Below, piece by piece: positions 1 to 8,396 of a stretch of DNA of 64,000 nucleotides. Every line of letters starts with the position of its first letter. Position 1 is the first letter of the stretch. Below the pieces are notes generated by a model, which was not told where the DNA came from, made no database searches, and saw only the letters and a program-made list of their open reading frames with translations. Source of the stretch: an uncultured Lachnospiraceae bacterium. GTDB taxonomy: Bacteria > Bacillota > Clostridia > Lachnospirales > Lachnospiraceae. Made by a program: the position numbers and the translations under genes. The stretch spans positions 12,331-76,330 of the forward strand of contig CAMNDJ010000001.1 in the NCBI GenBank assembly GCA_946535225.1, written 5' to 3'.

Positions 1-429
1 GGCAAGCTTGCGGATCAGTCTAATTCTTCTACCGAAGAGATCAAGGTTATCATCAGGGAAGTAATGGATGTGGCAAAGGATACTGCTTCAATAATGCAGG
101 AAGTATACGATGCAATGGATCTTCAACAGAGCAAGTTGGAAGATACTAGAAAGCAATCTGAACATGTTTCTGACAGCGTGGATAAGTCTATAGAGAACAT
201 TACTCAGATAAGCGGCAAGGTTGACAGATTACGCGAATCCAGCCATGACATCAAGAAATCCGTTATAACACTTGCAGAAGTGTCAGAAAAGACTGCCACA
301 TCTGCAGAATCTACGATAAATACCGTAGAGAGTATGCAGGATACCATGACGGAGCTTAAGTCTGCGGCAGACAGGCTGACGGTATTGTCAGGGCGTCTTA
401 ATGATTCACTGGGAGCATTCAGGATCTGA
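1..429 (+). CDS. Methyl-accepting chemotaxis protein, C-terminal part (5' end outside the window)
   Basis: The frame is open from base 1 (GKLADQSNSSTEEIKVII...). Heptad pattern and motifs 'LAEVSEKTATSAE' and 'LSGRLNDSLGAFRI' are typical of the MCP signalling/methylation helix. Confidence 0.85.
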   Translation, partial: GKLADQSNSSTEEIKVIIREVMDVAKDTASIMQEVYDAMDLQQSKLEDTRKQSEHVSDSVDKSIENITQISGKVDRLRESSHDIKKSVITLAEVSEKTATSAESTINTVESMQDTMTELKSAADRLTVLSGRLNDSLGAFRI

Positions 430-435
430 TACGGT

Positions 436-466
436 ACAAGGCTGATATTTGATATCAGCCTTGTTT
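436..466 (+). terminator. Probable intrinsic terminator of the MCP gene
   Basis: Perfect 13-bp inverted repeat ACAAGGCTGATAT-ttg-ATATCAGCCTTGT followed by a short T run, 7 nt after the stop codon. Confidence 0.6.
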
Positions 467-474
467 GATATAAT
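466..474 (+). promoter_or_regulatory. Extended -10 promoter (TGnTATAAT) for nth, probably leaderless
   Basis: TGATATAAT at 466-474, ATG at 481, no Shine-Dalgarno in between. Confidence 0.55.
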
Positions 475-480
475 AGTGAC

Positions 481-1143
481 ATGAACAAAAAAGAACGGAT
501 CAAAGAAATAATCGACAGACTGGATAAAGAATACGGGACTGAGTACAGATGCTATCTTGAGCATGATAATGCGTGGCAGCTGCTGATCGCCACGATACTA
601 AGTGCTCAGTGTACTGATGCAAGGGTCAACATAGTTACAAAGGATCTGTTTAAGAAGTATCAGACTGTAGAAGCATTTGCAAATGCAGATCTTAAGGAAC
701 TTGAACAGGATATTCATTCAACGGGATTCTATCACAACAAAGCCAAAAATATCATAGAATGCTGTAAGATGTTAAGAGATGAGTATTACGGGGCGGTTCC
801 TTCGGATATCAATGAACTTATTCATCTTCCGGGCGTCGGTCGTAAGACTGCAAATGTAATAAGAGGAAATATATATGACATTCCGTCTATCGTTGTGGAC
901 ACACACGTGAAGCGGATATCAAATAAGCTTGGGGTAACAAAAGAGAGTGATCCGGAGAAGATAGAATACGATCTGATGAAGAAACTTCCCAAGGATCACT
1001 GGATATTATGGAATATACATATCATAACGTTGGGAAGAACGATCTGCAAAGCGGTCAATCCGGATTGTAAGGGATGCTTTTTAAGCGATGTCTGTCCTTC
1101 TGCAGCATCAATTAAAAAGACGAACACTCAGGATCAGTCATAA
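481..1143 (+). CDS. nth: Endonuclease III
   Basis: LIATILSAQCTD motif, HhH motif LPGVGRKTAN, VDTH, and C-terminal 4Fe-4S motif C-x6-C-x2-C-x5-C. Confidence 0.95.
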   Translation: MNKKERIKEIIDRLDKEYGTEYRCYLEHDNAWQLLIATILSAQCTDARVNIVTKDLFKKYQTVEAFANADLKELEQDIHSTGFYHNKAKNIIECCKMLRDEYYGAVPSDINELIHLPGVGRKTANVIRGNIYDIPSIVVDTHVKRISNKLGVTKESDPEKIEYDLMKKLPKDHWILWNIHIITLGRTICKAVNPDCKGCFLSDVCPSAASIKKTNTQDQS

Positions 1144-1150
1144 ATAATGT

Positions 1151-1804
1151 TCAGTAAGCGGATATGTTCGGATACATTTCATTAAGCCTGCGAAGAATAG
1201 GAGATACCATTATGGAATTAAGGGCTTCAGCATTTCGTTTAAGCCATGCGATCTTTTTGGTATCACCGGCTTCATCATATAATTTGGCGGCCAGATAGTA
1301 CGTGTTGCTTATATCACTTCTGATCCTGACGGCGTATTCCAGTACAGTTATCGCTTCCGGATCATGGCCTAGCTCATGAAGTCTTTCGGCAAAGCTCTGA
1401 AGTGTACGCACTAAAAGAGTATAGTTCGTATCTGCACGTGAGAGCGTGGTTATGTTTGGAGCGCCGTATTCGAGTTTGAGATCCGTGTTGGTGATACCCG
1501 TAAAGTTGGCTATGGGCTCGTCCTTCAGTTCCCTAAGCTGCTTTGTGCATTCTGTGATCACATCATCGTCAGATTCGATATCCATTGGAAGTTCATCGTA
1601 AGGTATAGACAGAAAATCAACATTATCAAGCGGTTTCCTTCTTACACTGTTGGCGCGTATCTCACGACTCCAGAATTCTTCCCTGCTTTTTTTAATACGC
1701 CGGTTGGATCTTCTGACATTCAACATAAAGATGACTGACAGTATCACGAATGTAAAGAATATGGGAAATTTGGTAATTCCGCTTGCTAATGATGATATAT
1801 TCAT
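1151..1804 (-). CDS. Hypothetical membrane-anchored protein with TPR-like C-terminal helices
   Basis: Only long minus-strand ORF in the gap. The likely start is ATG at 1804 (AGAGGA RBS), giving MNISSLASG... followed by one hydrophobic segment. Confidence 0.75.
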   Translation of the reverse strand: MNISSLASGITKFPIFFTFVILSVIFMLNVRRSNRRIKKSREEFWSREIRANSVRRKPLDNVDFLSIPYDELPMDIESDDDVITECTKQLRELKDEPIANFTGITNTDLKLEYGAPNITTLSRADTNYTLLVRTLQSFAERLHELGHDPEAITVLEYAVRIRSDISNTYYLAAKLYDEAGDTKKIAWLKRNAEALNSIMVSPILRRLNEMYPNISAY

Positions 1805-1811
1805 ATATAAT
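1783..1811 (+). promoter_or_regulatory. Sigma-A-like promoter for the sORF/vanW unit
   Basis: TTGCTA (1783-1788), 17 nt spacer, TATAAT (1806-1811). Confidence 0.55.
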
Positions 1812-1858
1812 CCTCTTTGTAAGATATTAACAAAAATCGGAGGCGAAAACTGTTCAAT

Positions 1859-1954
1859 ATGACTAATAAAAATCGCAGGATCATATCGACGTTGATAATA
1901 ATTGTTCTTGTGATAGCCATGGTCGGAGGAGTACTCGCAGCAGCGATCCTTTGA
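1859..1954 (+). CDS. Small single-pass membrane peptide, 31 aa (Prli42/DUF4044-like)
   Basis: Hand translation gives MTNKNRRIISTLIIIVLVIAMVGGVLAAAIL*. GGAGG at 1839-1843 (15 nt spacing, rather long). Basic N-terminus followed by a TM helix. Below the ORF-track cutoff. Confidence 0.55.
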   Translation: MTNKNRRIISTLIIIVLVIAMVGGVLAAAIL

Positions 1955-1998
1955 TCTGAATATATGGCTGTCGTATAACAAATACAATTTATCATAAT

Positions 1999-3495
1999 AT
2001 GAGAAAAATATCATTATTATTTATTTCATTAATATTATTCGTTTCTGTTATATCTGTATCGGGGTCTTCGGCATTTGCGGCATCAAACGGCCCGAAAGAA
2101 GATACCGTTATCGTTGACGGGATATCTGTCGGCGATCTGGATGTATCAGGCAAGACTATCTCGGAAGCAGAGACCATGATATCTGACAGGATAAAAAATT
2201 CTGAGGAATCCGATATCACGGTTTATTGTGTTGATAATGAGAGTGCTGTTCTGCATATCGCGGATATCGATCTGTCCTGGGGGAATCCCGATGTAGTAAA
2301 GGAAGCAGCCGCGTATGCCAATAAAGGGAATGTTGTAAAGCGATACAAGGACAGAAAAGATATTGCCAGAGAAGGTGTTAAGCTTCCGCTTAAGTATTCT
2401 TTTTCGGACAATGCCATAAGGACCTTTGTACAGGAACAGTGCGTGATATATAATCACGAGGCTGTTGACGGAACACTTGCCAGAGAAGATGACGGTTTTG
2501 TTATCGTCCCCGGTATAATGGGTGCGATAATAGATGAAGATGAGGCGGTCAGCTTCATAGAAGAGTTTCTTACCGACAGCTGGACCGGCGGCAGCTGTGA
2601 GATCGAACTTCCGATAAGGACAGATATTCCCAAAGGAACTGAAGAGGATCTGTCACAGATCACAGATATGCTTGGCTCGTTCTCTACGAGTTACAGGACA
2701 TCGGGTGCCGATCGTTCTGCCAATGTTGCCAACGGATGCAGACTTATAAACGGTACAACAGTCTATCCGGGTGAAGAGTTCTCCGTTTATGATCATATCA
2801 AACCGTTTTCGGAAGCAAACGGATACCATATGGCCGGATCGTACGTTAACGGTCTTGTGGTTGACAGCCTTGGCGGCGGAATATGCCAGGTTTCAACAAC
2901 TCTTTATAATGCAGTCATAAGGGCAGAACTCGAGATCGTAGAGCGCAATAATCATTCCATGGTCGTTTCTTATGTTCCGGTTTCGCAGGATGCTGCCATA
3001 GCGGAATCCTCGGGCAAGGATTTCAGATTCATCAATAACCTCGAGTACCCGATATACATTGAAGGATATACGACTGATGAGAAAAAGATATTCTTCAACA
3101 TATACGGCAAGGAAACAAGACCCGCAGGAAGAACAGTAGAATTCGAGACAAATATCATAGAGACAAAGGTTCCTGACGGAGAGAAGATAATAGCGGATGC
3201 GTCAAAACCTGTAGGTTTTTCTTCCGTACAATCGGCGCATACCGGTTACAAAGCAGAACTGATCAAGATAGTTAAGGAAAACGGTACAGAGATAAGTCGC
3301 GAAGTATTTAATACAAGCAATTATAACGCAGTACCGAGAACAGCCGTGATAGGTACGGCTACCGGCGATGAGGAGGCAGCTTCACAGATACAGGAAGCGA
3401 TCGCAACCGGAAGCATCGATTATGCAAGATCTGTCGCAGGAGCTTATGCAGCGGCGGCAGCGGCAGCAGCAGCACAGGCTATAGGAGAACAATGA
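1999..3495 (+). CDS. VanW-family exported protein (peptidoglycan-binding + VanW + G5-like tail)
   Basis: Signal peptide, VanW core 'RSANVANGCRLING...PGEEFS' and 'GGGICQVSTTLYNA', and DFRFIN. Confidence 0.85.
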   Translation: MRKISLLFISLILFVSVISVSGSSAFAASNGPKEDTVIVDGISVGDLDVSGKTISEAETMISDRIKNSEESDITVYCVDNESAVLHIADIDLSWGNPDVVKEAAAYANKGNVVKRYKDRKDIAREGVKLPLKYSFSDNAIRTFVQEQCVIYNHEAVDGTLAREDDGFVIVPGIMGAIIDEDEAVSFIEEFLTDSWTGGSCEIELPIRTDIPKGTEEDLSQITDMLGSFSTSYRTSGADRSANVANGCRLINGTTVYPGEEFSVYDHIKPFSEANGYHMAGSYVNGLVVDSLGGGICQVSTTLYNAVIRAELEIVERNNHSMVVSYVPVSQDAAIAESSGKDFRFINNLEYPIYIEGYTTDEKKIFFNIYGKETRPAGRTVEFETNIIETKVPDGEKIIADASKPVGFSSVQSAHTGYKAELIKIVKENGTEISREVFNTSNYNAVPRTAVIGTATGDEEAASQIQEAIATGSIDYARSVAGAYAAAAAAAAAQAIGEQ

Positions 3496-4445
3496 AGACA
3501 GGTAAGGTATCCGAGAATATAATTTTCAGATCGATAATAAAGAATAAAGATAAAGGCGCAGCTGACAACTTAAGCTGCGCTCTTTTTACAGGATATGTAT
3601 GCGACAGCAATGATGCACGTACAGGTTCCCATGCGCTGATCCGGGCGATCAACAGATCGTATGAAAGCGGATATAAGCCGGTCAGCGCCGCTGTTACGAT
3701 CACTATACCGGAGAACATAAGGGAGAAAAGGGTACGTGAGATCATGGAAGGGATATATTCCACAGCCCGTGAAAATGAGATCACAGTTAATACCGGACAT
3801 TCCGAGGTCATACCGGGGATAAGAGATGTGGCAGTTTCGGTAGTTGTTACGGGACAGCCTTTCTTTGACGGATCAATGTCTAAGGAAGATGCAAACATGA
3901 GTAAAAGGGCATTTCCGGGACAGGCAGTTGTGATGACGAAATGGATCGGTATCTATGGTTCGGTATGGATAGCTATAAACCGGGGAAACGACGTAAGATC
4001 CAGATATCCCGATTTTCTAGTGAAAGACGCGGAAGATCTTGAACGGTTTCTGTCAGTCAGGAAAGAAGCGGCTATAGCTTATTCACACGGTGACAGATGC
4101 ATGTATGCCTGCTCAGACGGGGGGATATACGCGGCGCTTTGGAAGCTTGCTGACAGGAGTGATGCAGGTATAAATGCGGAATTAAAAGCGATCCCTGTTA
4201 AGCAGGAGACAGTGGAACTTTGTGAATTCTATGATATAAATCCATACAGATTGCGAAGCGACGGAGCACTGCTCATAGCGACAGACGATCCTGACGGATT
4301 GATGAGCAGACTGGCGGAAGAAGACATTCCTTCCTCGGTGATCGGATATATGACGGACGGAAGGGACAGGATCGTGACAAACGGGGATGAGAAGAGATTT
4401 CTTGAAGAGCCCGCACAGGATGAATTATGTAAGATTTTGTGGTAA
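3492..4445 (+). CDS. AIR synthase-related (PurM/HypE-like) protein
   Basis: MKTGKV N-terminus, GHSEV, 'PGQAVVMTKWIG', 'SDGGIYAALW' and 'EPAQDEL' C-terminus. Confidence 0.75.
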   Translation: MKTGKVSENIIFRSIIKNKDKGAADNLSCALFTGYVCDSNDARTGSHALIRAINRSYESGYKPVSAAVTITIPENIREKRVREIMEGIYSTARENEITVNTGHSEVIPGIRDVAVSVVVTGQPFFDGSMSKEDANMSKRAFPGQAVVMTKWIGIYGSVWIAINRGNDVRSRYPDFLVKDAEDLERFLSVRKEAAIAYSHGDRCMYACSDGGIYAALWKLADRSDAGINAELKAIPVKQETVELCEFYDINPYRLRSDGALLIATDDPDGLMSRLAEEDIPSSVIGYMTDGRDRIVTNGDEKRFLEEPAQDELCKILW

Positions 4446-4491
4446 AATATCCGCATGGACTTAAATGAGCGAGGCTCGGATTGGAGAGATT

Positions 4492-4974
4492 ATGAGAGAA
4501 GATATATTACGTATCCTTGAGAAGAACAGCAGAATAGGTATAGATGAACTTGCTGTCAGGATAGGAGCTGATGAGATAGAAGTCGCCAACGAGATCAAGG
4601 CAATGGAAGCAGAAGGTGTGATCTGCGGTTATCATACACTGATAGATTGGGAGAAGACTTCAATAGAGACGGTATCAGCGCTTATAGAGGTCACTGTGAC
4701 TCCTCAGAGAGGTCAGGGGTTTGATGTGATCGCAGAGCGCATATATAATTACCCGGAGGTTCAGGCGGTATATCTTATGTCCAGCGGATATGACCTTTTG
4801 GTCAATATGGAAGGCAAAACACTTAAAGAGGTGGCAAGTTTCGTATCTGACAAACTGTCTACGCTTGATTCGGTTGTCGGGACAGCAACGCATTTTGTGT
4901 TGAAGAAATACAAAGATCACGGAACGATACTTGCCAAGAAGAAGACTGATGAGAGGGAGAAGCTTGTATTATGA
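4492..4974 (+). CDS. Lrp/AsnC family transcriptional regulator (YugG-like)
   Basis: N-terminal HTH 'ILRILEKNSR', RAM domain 'VYLMSSGYDL' and 'TATHFVLKKYK'. GGAG RBS favours ATG at 4492. Confidence 0.9.
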   Translation: MREDILRILEKNSRIGIDELAVRIGADEIEVANEIKAMEAEGVICGYHTLIDWEKTSIETVSALIEVTVTPQRGQGFDVIAERIYNYPEVQAVYLMSSGYDLLVNMEGKTLKEVASFVSDKLSTLDSVVGTATHFVLKKYKDHGTILAKKKTDEREKLVL

Positions 4975-6149
4975 GAGATCCTTTATCTGCTGTTACGGTT
5001 TCGCTTAAGCCGTCAGGAATCAGAAAGTTTTTTGATGTTGTTAATGAGATGCCGGATGCTATTTCTCTGGGTGTCGGAGAACCGGATTTTGATACGCCCT
5101 GGCATGTGAGGGAAGAGGGTATATTCTCGCTTGAGAAGGGAAGGACATTCTATACGTCCAATTCCGGGCTCATGGAACTGAGAAAAGAGGTAGATACTTA
5201 TCTTACGAGAAGATTCGGAGTGTCTTATGATCCTCAGGGCGAGATGCTCATCACAGTCGGCGGTTCGGAAGCCATCGATCTGGCGTTCAGAGCGATGATC
5301 AATCCGGGAGAAGGGGAAGAGATAATCATCCCTCAGCCCAGTTACGTATCATATGAACCCTGTGCGATCCTCGCCGGAGCCAAACCGGTGGTGATAGATC
5401 TCAAGGCCGAGAATGATTTCAGATTGACTGCAGAAGAGCTTAAGGCAGCTATCACGGATAAGACCAAGATCCTTGTCCTTCCGTTCCCCAACAATCCTAC
5501 GGGCGCGATAATGGAACGCAAAGATCTTGAAGCAATAGCTCCTATCATAGAAGAAAACGATATCTATGTGTTATCCGATGAGATATACGCAGAGCTTACA
5601 TACACCGATGCCGGGCATGTGACGATAGCGTCACTTCCGGGAATGCGCGACAGAACCATACTTATAAATGGTTTTTCCAAGGCTTATGCCATGACCGGAT
5701 GGAGACTGGGTTATGCCTGCGGTCCGAAAAACATAATAGCGCAGATGACCAAGATACATCAGTATGCGATAATGTGCGCACCTACCACAAGCCAGTATGC
5801 GGCAGTGGAAGCATTACGAAACGGTGACAAGGACGTTGAGGAAATGTGTGATGCATATAATCAGCGAAGGAGATATCTGATCAACACTTTCAAACAGATG
5901 GGATTGCCGTGTTTTGAACCCTTCGGAGCTTTCTATATATTCCCGTGCATCAAGGAGTTCGGATTGACAAGTGATGAGTTTGCCACAAGACTCTTGATGG
6001 AGGAGAAGGTAGCTGTAGTTCCGGGCACGGCTTTCGGCAACAGCGGAGAAGGTTTCCTGCGTATTTCGTATGCGTATTCCATGGAAGCACTCAAGGAAGC
6101 CCTGGGGCGTATAGAACATTTCGTGAACAGGTTAAGAGAGAGTATCTGA
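4971..6149 (+). CDS. PLP-dependent aminotransferase class I/II (YugH-like)
   Basis: GEPDF, NNPTG, SDEIY and GFSKAYAMTGWRLGY (PLP lysine). Overlaps the Lrp stop codon (ATGA). Confidence 0.92.
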   Translation: MRDPLSAVTVSLKPSGIRKFFDVVNEMPDAISLGVGEPDFDTPWHVREEGIFSLEKGRTFYTSNSGLMELRKEVDTYLTRRFGVSYDPQGEMLITVGGSEAIDLAFRAMINPGEGEEIIIPQPSYVSYEPCAILAGAKPVVIDLKAENDFRLTAEELKAAITDKTKILVLPFPNNPTGAIMERKDLEAIAPIIEENDIYVLSDEIYAELTYTDAGHVTIASLPGMRDRTILINGFSKAYAMTGWRLGYACGPKNIIAQMTKIHQYAIMCAPTTSQYAAVEALRNGDKDVEEMCDAYNQRRRYLINTFKQMGLPCFEPFGAFYIFPCIKEFGLTSDEFATRLLMEEKVAVVPGTAFGNSGEGFLRISYAYSMEALKEALGRIEHFVNRLRESI

Positions 6150-6153
6150 TACA

Positions 6154-7452
6154 GTGAGCGAAGATAACAATATAACATCGACTGAATTTAATAATATCCA
6201 GGAGAGGGTCAAACAGAGACCGCTTAATCGTAAGAAACTCCTAAGGAGAACAATTATCACCGCATCCATGGCGGTGATATTTGGTGTATTAGCGTGCATT
6301 ACTTTTCTTGTTCTGGAACCTGTTTTTTCTAATATCCTGCATCCCGAAGAGGAGCCTGAGATAGTAGAGATCCCTACGGATGATGTGGATGAGATACTTC
6401 CGGAGGATATGATACTCGAAGACGAACCTGTTGCGGCACCGCCTGTGAGGATCATAGAGAAGACGAGTGATGTTGACCCGGTTACCGTATACAGGGATCA
6501 GTATACGGACCTGTATAATGTTGCCGAAGCGGCAAGAAGATCCATGGTCAAGGTAATGGGAGTCAGCAGTGATGTGGATTGGTTCGATAATTCATATGAG
6601 AACAGGAACAGTACATCCGGATTATATATTACCGATAACGGCAGGGAGCTTCTTATATTATGCAAAAGTGATGTGATCGAGAATGTACAGCAGATCAGGG
6701 TGACACTGTGTGATTCTACGGTTGCTGAAGGAACTATCAAGGCATCTGACGCCAATACAGGTTTATCAATAGTGGCTGTTCCGATGGATGATCTTAAGGA
6801 GAGCACCAAAGAGAGCATGGTGCCTGCAACACTAGGCAATTCCAAGGTGTACACCATATTAGCCAGTCCGGTTATTGCGATAGGAAGGTTGTACGGTGGT
6901 TCCGAATCGGTAGGGTATGGAATGATCACGTCCAAAGATACGATCATCAATATGACGGATCAGAACTATGAGTATATGACAACCGATATATACGGCAGTA
7001 GTCAGGCCACAGGCATGATAGTCAGCTTAAGGGGAGAAGTTCTCGGGATCATTGATCAGAGCTACAACAGCAGCGATACCAAGAATCTGATCTCGGTGAT
7101 AGGTATCTCGGAGATCAAGAAAACGATAGAGAGAATGTCTAACGGTCGTCCGAGGACATATCTGGGTATCAACGGAATAGATGTAACGCAGGAAGCCCAT
7201 GAGTTAAGCGGAGTACCAACAGGCGCATATGTTACGGGAATAGTGATGGATTCACCGGCAATGAATGCCGGGATACAGAGCGGTGATGTCATTGTTTCAA
7301 TGGGAACCGCGCAGATAGAGACATTCTCGAACCTCACCGAATTACTGAATAACAATATTCCGGGTACCATCATGGAGATGCATCTTATGCGTCAATCGGG
7401 AGAGGAATACAGAGAGATAGTTTTGGATGTGACACTGGAGGAAATGCCATGA
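6154..7452 (+). CDS. Membrane-anchored HtrA/DegP-like trypsin-fold + PDZ protein, catalytic triad apparently degenerate
   Basis: N-terminal TM, 'PATLGNS...VIAIG', and PDZ 'YLGI...GAYV...SPAMNAGIQSGDVI'. Lacks the TNxHV, DLAV and GNSGG motifs. Confidence 0.8.
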   Translation: MSEDNNITSTEFNNIQERVKQRPLNRKKLLRRTIITASMAVIFGVLACITFLVLEPVFSNILHPEEEPEIVEIPTDDVDEILPEDMILEDEPVAAPPVRIIEKTSDVDPVTVYRDQYTDLYNVAEAARRSMVKVMGVSSDVDWFDNSYENRNSTSGLYITDNGRELLILCKSDVIENVQQIRVTLCDSTVAEGTIKASDANTGLSIVAVPMDDLKESTKESMVPATLGNSKVYTILASPVIAIGRLYGGSESVGYGMITSKDTIINMTDQNYEYMTTDIYGSSQATGMIVSLRGEVLGIIDQSYNSSDTKNLISVIGISEIKKTIERMSNGRPRTYLGINGIDVTQEAHELSGVPTGAYVTGIVMDSPAMNAGIQSGDVIVSMGTAQIETFSNLTELLNNNIPGTIMEMHLMRQSGEEYREIVLDVTLEEMP

Positions 7453-8396
7453 GATATCTTAAGGATCTTACGGAAGGCAGCCGTGTAGGAGATATATATC
7501 TGATCAAACAACGTACCTCTGCCGTTACCAAGAACGGTAAGAGTTATCTGAATGTCATACTGCAGGACAAGACCGGCACTATAGATGCCAAGGTCTGGGA
7601 TCCGAACAGTGCAGGGATAGATGAATTCGATGAAAAAGACTATGTTGAGATAGTGGGAGATGTCACTTCCTTTAACGGCGCTTTGCAGGTCAGTGTCAAA
7701 AGAGCACGTATCGCGCATGAAGGGGAATATGATCCCAAGGATTATCTGCCGATCAGCTCCAAAGATATCGATGCAATGTACAGAAGACTGACGGAGATCA
7801 TAGAACAGACAGAGAACGAATATCTTAAAAAACTTCTTAAGGCCTTTTTTGTTGATGATGAGAGGTTCATAGCGAGATTCAGATTCTCATCCGCGGCCAA
7901 GATGGTTCATCATGCTTTTATCGGCGGATTGCTTGAACATACTCTGAGTGTGACTGAGAATTGCATCTTTTTTGCTTCCAGGTATCCGAGACTTAACAGG
8001 GATCTTCTTATAACCGCGGCCATATGTCATGACATAGGCAAGACAGAAGAGATCTCACCCTATCCGGATAATGATTATACGGATGAAGGTAATCTCCTCG
8101 GACATATAGTGATCGGAACACAGATGGTCGAAGACAAGATAAGATCCATAGACGGATTCCCGCCTGTGCTTGCTGCGGAGCTTAAACATTGTATACTCGC
8201 ACATCACGGAGAATTCGAGTTTGGCTCTCCCAAGAAGCCGGCGCTCATTGAGGCAGTCGCACTGAACTTTGCGGATGATATAGATGCCAAGCTGGAGACT
8301 TTTTCGGAATTACTGGACAAGAGTCAGAATCCCAATGACTGGCAGGGTTTCAACAGACTGCTGGACAGTAATGTCAGAGGAACGAGACTGGAGTAA
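7449..8396 (+). CDS. yhaM: 3'-5' exoribonuclease YhaM/Cbf1 (OB fold + HD domain)
   Basis: 'LQDKTG...AKVW' OB fold, 'HHAFIGGLLEHTL', 'HDIGK', 'GHI' and 'AHHG'. Confidence 0.88.
   Translation: MRYLKDLTEGSRVGDIYLIKQRTSAVTKNGKSYLNVILQDKTGTIDAKVWDPNSAGIDEFDEKDYVEIVGDVTSFNGALQVSVKRARIAHEGEYDPKDYLPISSKDIDAMYRRLTEIIEQTENEYLKKLLKAFFVDDERFIARFRFSSAAKMVHHAFIGGLLEHTLSVTENCIFFASRYPRLNRDLLITAAICHDIGKTEEISPYPDNDYTDEGNLLGHIVIGTQMVEDKIRSIDGFPPVLAAELKHCILAHHGEFEFGSPKKPALIEAVALNFADDIDAKLETFSELLDKSQNPNDWQGFNRLLDSNVRGTRLE

Noticed and set aside
1805-2014. N-terminal 70-aa extension of the minus-strand ORF given in the track
   Set aside because: A good RBS precedes ATG 1804, and the extension would overlap the sORF and the vanW start.
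1999-3495. VanW as evidence of a vancomycin-resistance cluster
   Set aside because: No vanA/B/H/X/R/S genes are adjacent, and VanW-domain proteins are common chromosomal genes in Clostridia.
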